This document shows positions 38,353 through 47,458 of a DNA stretch of 55,223 bases, piece by piece (within the stretch, counting starts at the first letter, position 1; every line of letters starts with the position of its first letter). The stretch is from a virus (taxonomy: Duplodnaviria > Caudoviricetes). The notes below the pieces were generated by a model. It searched no databases. It was not told where the DNA came from and saw only the letters and a program-made list of their open reading frames with translations. The position numbers were made by a program, and so were the translations under genes. The stretch is from positions 1 to 55,223 of IMG/VR virus record IMGVR_UViG_3300042868_005645; one strand, written 5' to 3'.

Positions 38353-38579
38353 ATATTGTGATATGGACAAGAGAAGGTGATGCATATTGCAAGGAAGCAG
38401 TGCGCCATCTACAACTTGCAAAAAAAGAATTTGTGGAAAAAAGAATAGGTGCTGGATTCACTATCGACCAACTGCTGGCCGAAGATCCAAATGCCACAGC
38501 AGAAATGCCGGCATTGTTTGTAGACGGAAAGTATGCTGGCGGTCTTAGAGAAATTCATGGTCTAGTCAGGAATTCATGA
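38349..38579 (+). CDS. glutaredoxin-like protein with altered active site (DAYC)
   Basis: Paralog of the upstream glutaredoxin; MPALFVDGKYAGG. Confidence 0.75.
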   Translation: MNIVIWTREGDAYCKEAVRHLQLAKKEFVEKRIGAGFTIDQLLAEDPNATAEMPALFVDGKYAGGLREIHGLVRNS

Positions 38580-39085
38580 AAATCTTAGTTGTTGGGGGAT
38601 CGTCGGGGCTAGGTAAAGCCATTGTAGAAAAATACAATGCTGATAATATCAGCACCAGTGTTGGATTTCCTATTCCTGAAAAACTAAATGAAGCAGTGGC
38701 AACAAGCATGAATTATGATGTTGTTGTTAATTGCCTTCCGGATTCAAATCAAAATAAACTGTTAACTGCTATGTATCGAAGCCATGACGCCGAAGACCTA
38801 CATACATATTTTATAACCATTGGTAGTATGAGTTGGAGATTTCATCAGTCCGGACATAGCAAACGAGATTTGTTTGACTGGAACGAAAGAATTTTGATTA
38901 GCCCAACCAAAGTTAGACACACACTGTTGAATCCTGCATATCTTTGGAACAGTAAAGATCAAGGACCTGTTGAAAAAATTAATGAAAAAGAAATGCTGGA
39001 TACCATTGACTTTTTAATTCAACGCAGTTATACTAGTGCAAGTGTAATTTCACTATTAGAAATCAAAGGACCATTTAAATGTTAA
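38576..39085 (+). CDS. short Rossmann-fold/SDR-like protein
   Basis: VVGGSSGLGKAI and ITIGS motifs. Confidence 0.65.
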   Translation: MKILVVGGSSGLGKAIVEKYNADNISTSVGFPIPEKLNEAVATSMNYDVVVNCLPDSNQNKLLTAMYRSHDAEDLHTYFITIGSMSWRFHQSGHSKRDLFDWNERILISPTKVRHTLLNPAYLWNSKDQGPVEKINEKEMLDTIDFLIQRSYTSASVISLLEIKGPFKC

Positions 39086-39372
39086 TCGATAAAGGCGTTA
39101 CGTCAGGCGAAGTAGTTACAATTAAACTTACTTCAGGAGAAGAACTAGTTGCACGACTAGACACAGAAACAGATACGTTTGTAAAACTATCTAAAACCAT
39201 GGTGCTTACAGCGGGGCCTAACGGACTTGCTATGGTTCCGTACTTGTTTACTGTAGAACAAGATAAGGTAATCTCTTTAAACAAGAGTACCATCACAGTA
39301 ATTGCACCTACAATGAAGCCAGCGGCTGATCAATACTTGGAATCCACTTCCAGTATTAAAATTGTAAGTTAA
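39079..39372 (+). CDS. Sm-like-fold phage protein
   Basis: VTIKLTSGEELVARL. Confidence 0.6.
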   Translation: MLIDKGVTSGEVVTIKLTSGEELVARLDTETDTFVKLSKTMVLTAGPNGLAMVPYLFTVEQDKVISLNKSTITVIAPTMKPAADQYLESTSSIKIVS

Positions 39373-41336
39373 GTAGGTGTTGTTGGAGGGGCAGAGATAG
39401 TTGGATTATCTTTTGCCCACTTCTCGTAGGTAGGATAAGTTCCAGTAACAAACTTTTTCCACTGTCCAGGGCCGCCGTCTTTCATTACTGCTTCTTCAAC
39501 TGACACAGGTAAATCCCCAAATGTTTTACTAGCCTTAAAAGCGTCTAGTAGTATTCCGTATTGATTATTAATCTCTTCACGGCGCTCACGTACCCACAGA
39601 TATTTTCTATATTCGTCTGAATACGCAATAGCCAGTGCTCTAAAGAAAAATCTCTGCCTTACAATAACTTTTTCTTCGTCTGTTCTATCTGCTTCATTGG
39701 GTTTGGCCGCTTCTATCTTTAGATACCGTTCAGCAATTGTAGGGAAGTCGTAGGCACCGTCCATCCATCGTTTTATTAGACCGTCCTTGACTTTTGCGTT
39801 TAACGTTTGTAATTCAGTATCGTATACTGTAAGAACTTTGAAATATTCTTTAAGAAATGGGTTAAAGATTTTTTCATCAGGGTCTTTATCAAACACTGCT
39901 TTCTTCTTTGTAGTAGTAACTGTCACTGCCGGTGCGGAGTCCGCTTCAACTATTTTAGATTGTTTAACTACTGTAGCAGGGTCTTTAGGAGGAGTTGTTC
40001 CTGCAGGTACAAGTGGCGGCTCTTTAGGTCGAGGATTAGGCAAGCCGGATAAACTACGGCGCAATCTCTCAGTGTTAATTCTATCCCATACAATACCGTC
40101 ATCACCTGTATATGTCAGGTCTTCATCTTTAGTGCTTTTGTAAAGACTTGTATCTATACTAGGACCAAGTTTACTTGCACTAGCAAATGTTTGGGAAATA
40201 CTTGCTGGATCAAAAGCACTTTTGTTTAGCGTAAAATCTTGTATTGTTGCTTTAAATCCCGTGGCCGGTTGACTTAGTTGTGCGGCAAAGGCAAATGCTT
40301 TCAAGTCGGCCATTCCTCCTGTAACTGCCGAAGCCTGTGCAGTTTCTATCTCTGCAAATTTTGTAGTCATGTCAGCGGCTGCGGCGTTCATTTTTCCAGT
40401 TACTTCGGTTACTTTGGCTATTTTGGCAGCGTTAGCAGGATTTGCGGCAAATGTTGCATAGGCAGGATTAGGTATTGCTGGACCAGTTGGATTGGCAGGG
40501 TCTGGAATAGTTTGACTTGGAACTCCACTGGCAAATTCAGTTATCTTCGTACCGGCAATTTTTGCCAAGTCAGTTACTTTGTTAATACCTGCTTTGGCAA
40601 AATCTTTAGCCGAACTTAATCCCTTGCTGAGATTGGCTCCAAAGTCTTTGCCTGACTCTGCTACAGCCTTGCTAATTTCTGCGGCCTTTGATTCTAATAG
40701 TTTAGGACCGTCTTGGAAAATTGTTAATGCACCCTGTGCGGCTTTAATCTCGGCTTCTGTCGGTGGCTTTCCGGTTTCTGCAATTTTCTTTTTAGTAAGG
40801 ATATCTACATTACTTTGTGCCATGGCCAACAACTTTGGAAGGTCTGCTTGCGCCTTAGCCATCTTTGCGGCAATGTCTGCTTTCGCAGCCTCTAACTGAC
40901 TACTAGCACCGGCAGGCAAACTGTCGGATACTTCTCCAATCTTGCCAAGGTTGGCAGTGATATCTGCGTTAATGCTACCGTCTTTGATCTTTGATATTGT
41001 ATCAGATAGGTTTGGAGGATTATCTGTAGCAGAGCCACTAAGCAAATTGAAAAATTTTAAACTGCCAGCACTTACTGCACCACTTATCTGTTTATTCTTA
41101 TTCTTCATAGACTCTGCGGTTTGATAAAACGGATCACCAGGCTCAGCAATCTTTTTACCGTCGGGTGCATTATTGATGTTATATAAACGTGCTTCCTCTG
41201 CCCATGTACGACCAGTGGCTGCACATACATCTTCACTGAGAGAACTTGTGGGTACTAGAACAGTTGTTGGCCCATTAGCCGTGACCTTGTTCACATAACT
41301 TTGTCCTGCTGGGGGATCTGGTAGTTTAAATAGCAT
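39369..41336 (-). CDS. large A/K/P-rich hypothetical protein (baseplate/tail-associated?)
   Basis: 655 aa; immediately downstream of PAAR. Confidence 0.7.
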   Translation of the reverse strand: MLFKLPDPPAGQSYVNKVTANGPTTVLVPTSSLSEDVCAATGRTWAEEARLYNINNAPDGKKIAEPGDPFYQTAESMKNKNKQISGAVSAGSLKFFNLLSGSATDNPPNLSDTISKIKDGSINADITANLGKIGEVSDSLPAGASSQLEAAKADIAAKMAKAQADLPKLLAMAQSNVDILTKKKIAETGKPPTEAEIKAAQGALTIFQDGPKLLESKAAEISKAVAESGKDFGANLSKGLSSAKDFAKAGINKVTDLAKIAGTKITEFASGVPSQTIPDPANPTGPAIPNPAYATFAANPANAAKIAKVTEVTGKMNAAAADMTTKFAEIETAQASAVTGGMADLKAFAFAAQLSQPATGFKATIQDFTLNKSAFDPASISQTFASASKLGPSIDTSLYKSTKDEDLTYTGDDGIVWDRINTERLRRSLSGLPNPRPKEPPLVPAGTTPPKDPATVVKQSKIVEADSAPAVTVTTTKKKAVFDKDPDEKIFNPFLKEYFKVLTVYDTELQTLNAKVKDGLIKRWMDGAYDFPTIAERYLKIEAAKPNEADRTDEEKVIVRQRFFFRALAIAYSDEYRKYLWVRERREEINNQYGILLDAFKASKTFGDLPVSVEEAVMKDGGPGQWKKFVTGTYPTYEKWAKDNPTISAPPTTPT

Positions 41337-41339
41337 CTT

Positions 41340-41657
41340 TTATCCTGCAAATACGTCTGGACTGCCAGTAACGGAAGTATAGATATCTCCTATTTGTCCT
41401 TCACCTATATCTCCAACGCGATGTACCGCAAGGTTTTCAATGAATACTGTAGCAGACCCAGTTGTGGCTGTACTTGTATGCCCGTCACCGCAACTTTGGT
41501 CGCCAAGCGTGGTCAGCGTTGTTACGGCTTGGTTGTTAATATATACTGTGGCAGCACCGGTTACAAAGGTAGTTGTGTAATCTCTGTGAGAATTGCGTGT
41601 ATCTGCGCATTCATCGCCTTGTCCGATGTCTCCGATTCTTGAAATTGATTGGCTCAT
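41340..41657 (-). CDS. PAAR-domain baseplate spike protein
   Basis: RIGD, TGAATVYIN, TGSATVFIE, RVGD and TGSPDVFAG repeats. Confidence 0.88.
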   Translation of the reverse strand: MSQSISRIGDIGQGDECADTRNSHRDYTTTFVTGAATVYINNQAVTTLTTLGDQSCGDGHTSTATTGSATVFIENLAVHRVGDIGEGQIGDIYTSVTGSPDVFAG

Positions 41658-41672
41658 ACCATTATTTATCGA

Positions 41673-41701
41673 TTGACAATGTACTGACTTTGTGCTATAC
41701 T
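41673..41701 (+). promoter_or_regulatory. sigma70-type promoter
   Basis: TTGACA-17-TATACT, 6 nt before ATG 41708. Confidence 0.75.
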
Positions 41702-41707
41702 TACAGT

Positions 41708-42298
41708 ATGAAAAAAATCATTCTTACAGACGCAGACGGTGTTATTTTGGATTGGGAGTATGCATTTGACGTCTGGATGCAACAACATGGCTTCCAAAAA
41801 CAAGACGGTGGACAATTTGTCTATAATATAGGCAAACGCTACGGTATTGATGCAGATCAAGGCAAGAAGTTAATCAAAATCTTCAACGAAAGTGCCGCAA
41901 TTGGTTTCTTACCCCCATTGCGTGATGCCATGTACTACATTAAACGGCTACATGAAGAACACGGTTATGTTTTTCATTGTATTACTAGCCTAAGCAAAGA
42001 CGAAAATGCCCAAGAACTGCGAACAATGAATCTTCGTAAGTTATTTGGTGCAACAGCATTTGAAAAGTTCATTTATTTGGACACAGGTGCAGATAAGGAT
42101 GAAGTTCTTGAAAAGTATCGAGGCAAGGGTTACTACTGGGTAGAGGATAAAATTACCAATGCACTGGCAGGTGCCAAAGTAGGACTAAAGAGTCTGCTCA
42201 TGGAACATGGTCACAACATGGACTTTGCGGGCAATGAGGCACAACTGGTAAAAAATTGGAAAGATGTTTACGAAAGGATTACAGGTGAACAGTCTTGA
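41708..42298 (+). CDS. HAD-family phosphatase (T4 gp30.2-like)
   Basis: ILTDADGVILDW and WVEDK motifs. Confidence 0.8.
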   Translation: MKKIILTDADGVILDWEYAFDVWMQQHGFQKQDGGQFVYNIGKRYGIDADQGKKLIKIFNESAAIGFLPPLRDAMYYIKRLHEEHGYVFHCITSLSKDENAQELRTMNLRKLFGATAFEKFIYLDTGADKDEVLEKYRGKGYYWVEDKITNALAGAKVGLKSLLMEHGHNMDFAGNEAQLVKNWKDVYERITGEQS

Positions 42299-42476
42299 AA
42301 AAATATGGGCTCGGGCAACCGGCCACTTAATGGGACACACGGACGATGACCGTCCAGATGTTCCAATTCTAACAGTCCGTGAAGCAAGGATAGCCCTTTT
42401 CTTAAAAACATTTTGGGTTATTATACACGTTGTAACCTGCTTCTTTATTATTGCCAACACCGTGCGTCATTGGTAA
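42285..42476 (+). CDS. small membrane protein
   Basis: GTG start; C-terminal hydrophobic helix. Confidence 0.55.
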   Translation: MNSLEKIWARATGHLMGHTDDDRPDVPILTVREARIALFLKTFWVIIHVVTCFFIIANTVRHW

Positions 42477-42484
42477 ATACTAGT

Positions 42485-42814
42485 ATGGAACCAATTACAA
42501 TAACCGAATCGGCTGTAAAAAAGATCGCAGACCTTTTAGCAGAAGAAAATAATCCCAAGTTGTGCCTGCGCACCTTTGTTCAAGGTGGTGGATGCAGTGG
42601 ATTCCAATATGGATTCACCTTCGACGAAGAACAAGCAGAAGACGATTTTGTCATCGAGCGTGACAGTGTTAAAGTTCTCATAGACGCTATGAGTTACCAA
42701 TACTTATTGGGCTCAGAGATCAACTATACCGAAGATGCTATGGGTAGTAGTTTTACTATTAAAAATCCAGCAGCCAAATCTACCTGTGGTTGCGGTAGTA
42801 GTTTTAGTGTATAA
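42485..42814 (+). CDS. erpA: iron-sulfur cluster insertion protein ErpA
   Basis: [13 protein letters not shown] and [10 protein letters not shown] motifs. Confidence 0.9.
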   Translation: MEPITITESAVKKIADLLAEENNPKLCLRTFVQGGGCSGFQYGFTFDEEQAEDDFVIERDSVKVLIDAMSYQYLLGSEINYTEDAMGSSFTIKNPAAKSTCGCGSSFSV

Positions 42815-42822
42815 GGAAACAC

Positions 42823-43209
42823 ATGGCCTATTCAGATAAAGTTATTGACCATTACGAAAATCCTCGCAACGTAGGATCGTTTGCCAAAGATGATCCAACT
42901 GTGGGCACAGGCATGGTGGGTGCTCCTGCCTGTGGTGATGTGATGAAACTACAGATAAAGGTTGACAATGATACAGGTATTATTACAGATGCAAAATTTA
43001 AAACGTATGGCTGTGGATCGGCTATCGCAAGTTCGAGTCTTGTCACAGAGTGGCTTAAAGGAAAAACCCTCGACCAAGCAGGAACAATCAAAAACAAAGA
43101 AATAGCAGAAGAACTAGCCCTACCTCCAGTAAAGATACATTGTTCAATTTTAGCAGAAGATGCTATCAAAGCAGCCGTTGATGATTACCGTAACCGACAC
43201 AGCACGTAA
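42823..43209 (+). CDS. iscU: Fe-S cluster scaffold IscU
   Basis: HYENPRNVG, GAPACGD, GCGSAIASSS and LPPVKIHC motifs. Confidence 0.96.
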   Translation: MAYSDKVIDHYENPRNVGSFAKDDPTVGTGMVGAPACGDVMKLQIKVDNDTGIITDAKFKTYGCGSAIASSSLVTEWLKGKTLDQAGTIKNKEIAEELALPPVKIHCSILAEDAIKAAVDDYRNRHST

Positions 43210-43507
43210 ACGCATCAAACAGAATTTAGACAAACGCGGCAAAGGCCTAGGTATTCGCATAGGCGTGAGAACCACAGGTTGCAGTGGTTTAGCCTACACC
43301 ATCGAGTATGTGGATGAATACACTGCTGAACCCGGAGTTACTAATTTTGGTCAACCAGAATTCATTGTGCTGATTGACGCTAAGAGTTTGGCTTATCTAA
43401 ATGGCTTGACAATGGATTGGGTTCGCAACGGACTCAATGAAGGATTCGATTTCATCAATCCTAATGAGCGTGACCGTTGTGGATGTGGAGAAAGTTTTAG
43501 AGTTTAA
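43181..43507 (+). CDS. iscA: Fe-S assembly A-type carrier IscA
   Basis: GVRTTGCSGLAY and CGCGESF motifs. Confidence 0.92.
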   Translation: MITVTDTARKRIKQNLDKRGKGLGIRIGVRTTGCSGLAYTIEYVDEYTAEPGVTNFGQPEFIVLIDAKSLAYLNGLTMDWVRNGLNEGFDFINPNERDRCGCGESFRV

Positions 43508-43509
43508 AT

Positions 43510-44211
43510 ATGAGTGGAAGATTTTTTAGTCCGCATATTCCTCCGGCGTGGATGATCTTGCCTAGAACTAAATTATTAAGCAACAACATTCTACATCATA
43601 ACACTGATAGTATTGTTTCCTGCGAAGAAAATAACACAGATGCCTATTATACTTTTAATTCCCTCGGGTACAGAGAAAAAGAGTATGCAGAAAATTATTC
43701 TGAATTTGATCGATTAATTTTAGCCATAGGGCCTAGTTGTGTGTTTGGGATCAATGTTAGAAATTCCCACTGCTGGCCCAGACTCCTAGAAAATTCTTTG
43801 CCTAATACTAGGGTATTAAATTTTGGAGTTGCAGGAGCAAGTATGGACTCCATTTCGAGAATGACTTCGTGTTTAATTCCATATTTTAAATCTCGTTGTA
43901 GAAAATTAGAAGTTGTCGCATTATGGGCATTTATGGATCGCCGAGAAATATTTTTAGACGACTATATGTGTTCTTGGAGTCCTCCAGTAGATCCCCCTTT
44001 CCCAGAATTCGTTCTTGGCATCGATGATACCTCAAGTAGTTACAACCATGAAAAAAATGAAACTATGGTTAGAGCAGTGTGTAGTCAATACGATGTTCCT
44101 TTGTATGTTGTCTCGTGGGACATCTATGAAAACGCAACCAAAGATGGTGGGCACCCTACAGCACAACATCATCGTGAGATGCTATTAGATATTGTAGGAC
44201 AAATCAAATGA
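43510..44211 (+). CDS. SGNH/GDSL-hydrolase-like protein
   Basis: NSLGYRE, IGPSCVFG, NFGVAGAS and DGGHP motifs. Confidence 0.6.
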   Translation: MSGRFFSPHIPPAWMILPRTKLLSNNILHHNTDSIVSCEENNTDAYYTFNSLGYREKEYAENYSEFDRLILAIGPSCVFGINVRNSHCWPRLLENSLPNTRVLNFGVAGASMDSISRMTSCLIPYFKSRCRKLEVVALWAFMDRREIFLDDYMCSWSPPVDPPFPEFVLGIDDTSSSYNHEKNETMVRAVCSQYDVPLYVVSWDIYENATKDGGHPTAQHHREMLLDIVGQIK

Positions 44212-44543
44212 CAGCATGGACCAGAGAAGACACTCAATTTTGGGTTGCTCGATTAGAACATAGAATTGAAGACATTGACTATTACCTAAACCGCACAGTT
44301 GAATGGTGTGAGGATAACGGCATTTACAGAGATGATGCAGTCTTTGCCTGTGCATTGATGACAATCATTTGGGTAAGCCATCAACGTGACGAGCCACTTT
44401 CCAAAAGAGAAGCCATGGAACTACTTGGAATCAAAGGATGGGAATTGGTTGAAGACGAAGAGTTTGAACTTAATCAAAAATATATCGATTTGGACATCGA
44501 CGACCTCCTAGAAGAAGTTTACCAAAAACTATTTTTAACTTGA
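44208..44543 (+). CDS. hypothetical protein
   Basis: Coupled ORF. Confidence 0.7.
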   Translation: MTAWTREDTQFWVARLEHRIEDIDYYLNRTVEWCEDNGIYRDDAVFACALMTIIWVSHQRDEPLSKREAMELLGIKGWELVEDEEFELNQKYIDLDIDDLLEEVYQKLFLT

Positions 44544-44568
44544 CAAATCAACTTAACTGTACTATACT
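44540..44568 (+). promoter_or_regulatory. sigma70-type promoter
   Basis: TTGACA-17-TATACT. Confidence 0.75.
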
Positions 44569-44600
44569 ATAGACTATTACAGTAAACAGTTGGAGTTCAA

Positions 44601-44996
44601 ATGAGTATGCACCTAGAAGGCCCTTGGCTCAGCACCACTGGCAAGCGAAAAGGTAAAAAGAAATTTGCCTCAGCAGAACATGCAAAAAAGGCTCGTGAAT
44701 TGGAAGAGTCTTGGAAAGAATTGCTCAAAAGACAAGGTGTTGAGCAAGAGGAAAGAAAACGTGCTCGTGGTATGAGTGCTCCAAGTTTGAGCAGTTCCTA
44801 CAGCCTCAAGATTCCAGAAGGTCGTAACACTACAGCACATATCAAAAGTGTTGATACTGGTGGTAATGCTGTACTAAAACCTAGTCCAGTGTATACAGGT
44901 ACAAAGGTCAAAGGTATTGCCACCATGCACAAGAGCAATGCTGTTCCAGTGTTTTCGGATGAGCAAGCAGTAGATATTTCCAAAATGCGACGATAA
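44601..44996 (+). CDS. basic hypothetical protein
   Basis: GGAG SD; GIATMHKSNAVPVF C-terminal motif. Confidence 0.8.
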   Translation: MSMHLEGPWLSTTGKRKGKKKFASAEHAKKARELEESWKELLKRQGVEQEERKRARGMSAPSLSSSYSLKIPEGRNTTAHIKSVDTGGNAVLKPSPVYTGTKVKGIATMHKSNAVPVFSDEQAVDISKMRR

Positions 44997-45033
44997 TCTT
45001 GCATTTTTTAATGGAATATTGTACAATGAGATA

Positions 45034-45288
45034 TATACTGTACGTTTCGCAAAGAAACTAAGATAGTAGAACTAAAGTATGTCACAAGCAGAAACGGTTC
45101 CGCGGGTCTTGGCCAATGAGAAACCCGTATTTTCGGGAAGCCAAGGGTCGCCAAAGGCACACTGATTATGAGACAGTGCGTCCAATGGAGACAACTACAC
45201 GAAAGTAGGGTTCTTTCAGAGCCTCGTGAAGTTAACTCCCTTTATGTAATGTGATTAGAAATAATCACACCAAGTCAAAGGAGGACTT
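45034..45288 (+). ncRNA. putative structured RNA / cis-regulatory leader of the wall hydrolase gene
   Basis: Promoter TTGCAT-17-TACAAT (44999-45027); about 250 nt with no ORF and multiple hairpins. Confidence 0.55.
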
Positions 45289-45837
45289 ATGGAAAAATTA
45301 GTTAAAATCAGCACCTACATTTTGGCGCTGTTGTCAGTGGTCTTGGTTGTAAATGCCATCACCGAAAGAAAATTTGAAATTCTTAAGAAAAACAATGGTT
45401 ACTATAATACAGATATAGTTTCTATTAAGACACGTGAGCGTCAACTAGATTGTTTGGCCATGAACATCTATAGAGAGGCAGGACACGAATCGTTTGAAGG
45501 TAAAGTTGCTGTGGCACAGGTTACACTAAATCGAGTAGAACATCCTAGTTTTCCAAAAGATGTCTGCGGTGTAATTTACCAAAAAACATCATTTATGGAC
45601 AAAGTCGTTTGCCAGTTCTCATGGTATTGCGAAAGTGCCACAAAGGCTCGTCCTATAAACAAAGCCGCATATGACGAAAGTTATGCTGTGGCCAAGAAGG
45701 TTCTTTTAGAAAATTTTAGATTGGACGTTATGAAGGATGCATTGTACTATCATGCAAACTATGTAAATCCAAGATGGAATTTGGACAAAATTGGATCAAT
45801 CGGTAATCACATTTTTTATAAACCAAAAGGGCAATAA
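45289..45837 (+). CDS. cell wall hydrolase, SleB/Hydrolase_2 family
   Basis: CLAMNIYREAGHE, AVAQVTLNRV, CQFSWYC and IGNHIFY motifs; N-terminal TM segment. Confidence 0.9.
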   Translation: MEKLVKISTYILALLSVVLVVNAITERKFEILKKNNGYYNTDIVSIKTRERQLDCLAMNIYREAGHESFEGKVAVAQVTLNRVEHPSFPKDVCGVIYQKTSFMDKVVCQFSWYCESATKARPINKAAYDESYAVAKKVLLENFRLDVMKDALYYHANYVNPRWNLDKIGSIGNHIFYKPKGQ

Positions 45838-45839
45838 TC

Positions 45840-46151
45840 ATGACACAAAGCAATTATTCTTTGGAAACAGTTAAAACATTCTTTGTTGAAAAATTTCGAA
45901 ACATCTCAGCCGAAACATTGGGGTGGATCGCTGTAATAATTCTACACTCTGCAACCATTCCAAGCCTACTAGCAGTAATGGCTGGATTGACTGATAGACT
46001 GCCAGGTGTTGACTTAGTTCTTTTGGTTTGGTCCGGCCTAGCACTGTTGTTTGTCAAAGCCGCAGTCCAAAAAGACATGCTGAACATTGTTACTATTGGT
46101 TTTGGTTTCATCGTTCAAGCAGTATTGATGGCATTGATATTCTTCAAATAA
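45840..46151 (+). CDS. 3-TM membrane protein
   Basis: Three hydrophobic helices; directly after the hydrolase. Confidence 0.75.
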   Translation: MTQSNYSLETVKTFFVEKFRNISAETLGWIAVIILHSATIPSLLAVMAGLTDRLPGVDLVLLVWSGLALLFVKAAVQKDMLNIVTIGFGFIVQAVLMALIFFK

Positions 46152-46169
46152 CATCGATTACCAAACCAG

Positions 46170-46198
46170 TTGACACCACCTCCGGGTGGTGTTATACT
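46170..46198 (+). promoter_or_regulatory. sigma70-type promoter with palindromic spacer
   Basis: TTGACA-17-TATACT overlapping ACACCACC-tccg-GGTGGTGT. Confidence 0.7.
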
Positions 46199-46243
46199 AT
46201 GTACATAGTGAAAACTATTAATCAACACACAGAAAGGCACATT

Positions 46244-46723
46244 ATGAAAAAGGCAATTTTAATTAGTTTGGCGGCTGTAGCCATCACTGGCTGTAGTTCA
46301 ATGAAAGATATTCCGGATCGTAAAACATACGCACAGCCGGATTGGTATCAGAGTTGCGCCCAAGAGGGTGTCAAGGGCTGGTTCTGGTGGAAAGAAGATA
46401 TGGTCTATGCCTGCGGCGCTGGCGAGTCTGCATTTGCACAAGCCGCTGAAGAGCAGATGGATGCTATTGCAATGAACAACTTTGCAAAACGTATCGACGG
46501 TGTGGTTAATTCCGAAACCGTTATTGACATCAAAGACGATAAGAAATCTACTCGTACAACTATTTCTTATAAAGTTGATAACACTTCTATCCGTAAACAT
46601 GTTAAAACGGAAAAGGGTCATTTCACTATGAATGGACGTCATTACACTTACGTTCGTCTTGAAATGAAGAAAGATGTATTTGAACAGTTGATTGCTGAAG
46701 CCAAAACATCTAAGGCACGATGA
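46244..46723 (+). CDS. lipoprotein (LPP20-like)
   Basis: MKKAILISLAAVAITGC lipobox; PDWY motif. Confidence 0.75.
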   Translation: MKKAILISLAAVAITGCSSMKDIPDRKTYAQPDWYQSCAQEGVKGWFWWKEDMVYACGAGESAFAQAAEEQMDAIAMNNFAKRIDGVVNSETVIDIKDDKKSTRTTISYKVDNTSIRKHVKTEKGHFTMNGRHYTYVRLEMKKDVFEQLIAEAKTSKAR

Positions 46724-47070
46724 TGCGACCCCTTACTATAGCAGTTGGACCTACACTACTGTTAGCATGTCTTCTGACGTTAACAGGGTGCGCAAGTTAT
46801 CCTGAATCTGCTAGACTAAAGCCACAGTATTGTTATACTAATCAAACCATTGATGTTAAAAATGGAGAGAAAGTTTCCAGCGATACAAGATTAGAATGTA
46901 CTGACGATCCTACAAAACAGTTGTTCCAGGCTCGTAGTGGTATATCTAAAGATTGTAGGGAATTTTATTATGTCATGCCTCTAAGAGGCGAATTGGTTGA
47001 AAGGAGAGGTTATGCTTGCCAAAAGTTCTCAGGTGTTAGTGAAGTTTTTAATCCTGGTCAGCATCGCTAG
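46720..47070 (+). CDS. lipoprotein
   Basis: LTGC lipobox; four further Cys. Confidence 0.7.
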   Translation: MMRPLTIAVGPTLLLACLLTLTGCASYPESARLKPQYCYTNQTIDVKNGEKVSSDTRLECTDDPTKQLFQARSGISKDCREFYYVMPLRGELVERRGYACQKFSGVSEVFNPGQHR

Positions 47071-47449
47071 TACTGCTCATGCAGATGTCAACATCCCATT
47101 GAGTGCGACTAATGGAGTAAGACAGGATTATCAAAGCAATACCAGTGTCCTTGCCATTGTGTTTAACCTGTTCAAGGCAGTGGATGGTTCGCTGTCTTAC
47201 GAAGACAAACAAACACACATCATGACAGTTATACATGCACTGCAAAATTCAGATAACGGAGAAGTTTCTGAATGGCACAATCCGTCAACTGACAGTTCAG
47301 GAAGAGTTAGTATTGTTATGACATATCCTGTGCAAGGTGGTGTGTGCCGTAGGTTCTTCTCAGAGATTCGAATTAAACAACGAATACGGGAATTTAACGA
47401 ACAAGGCTGTCATACCATGGATAGTCGCTATTGGAGTTTTAGTCGATAA
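47012..47449 (+). CDS. exported protein, 17-kDa surface-antigen-like domain
   Basis: AL...GEVSEWHNPSTDSSG...CRRF...GC pattern; AGGAG SD. Confidence 0.65.
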   Translation: MLAKSSQVLVKFLILVSIASTAHADVNIPLSATNGVRQDYQSNTSVLAIVFNLFKAVDGSLSYEDKQTHIMTVIHALQNSDNGEVSEWHNPSTDSSGRVSIVMTYPVQGGVCRRFFSEIRIKQRIREFNEQGCHTMDSRYWSFSR

Positions 47450-47458
47450 ATAATAATT

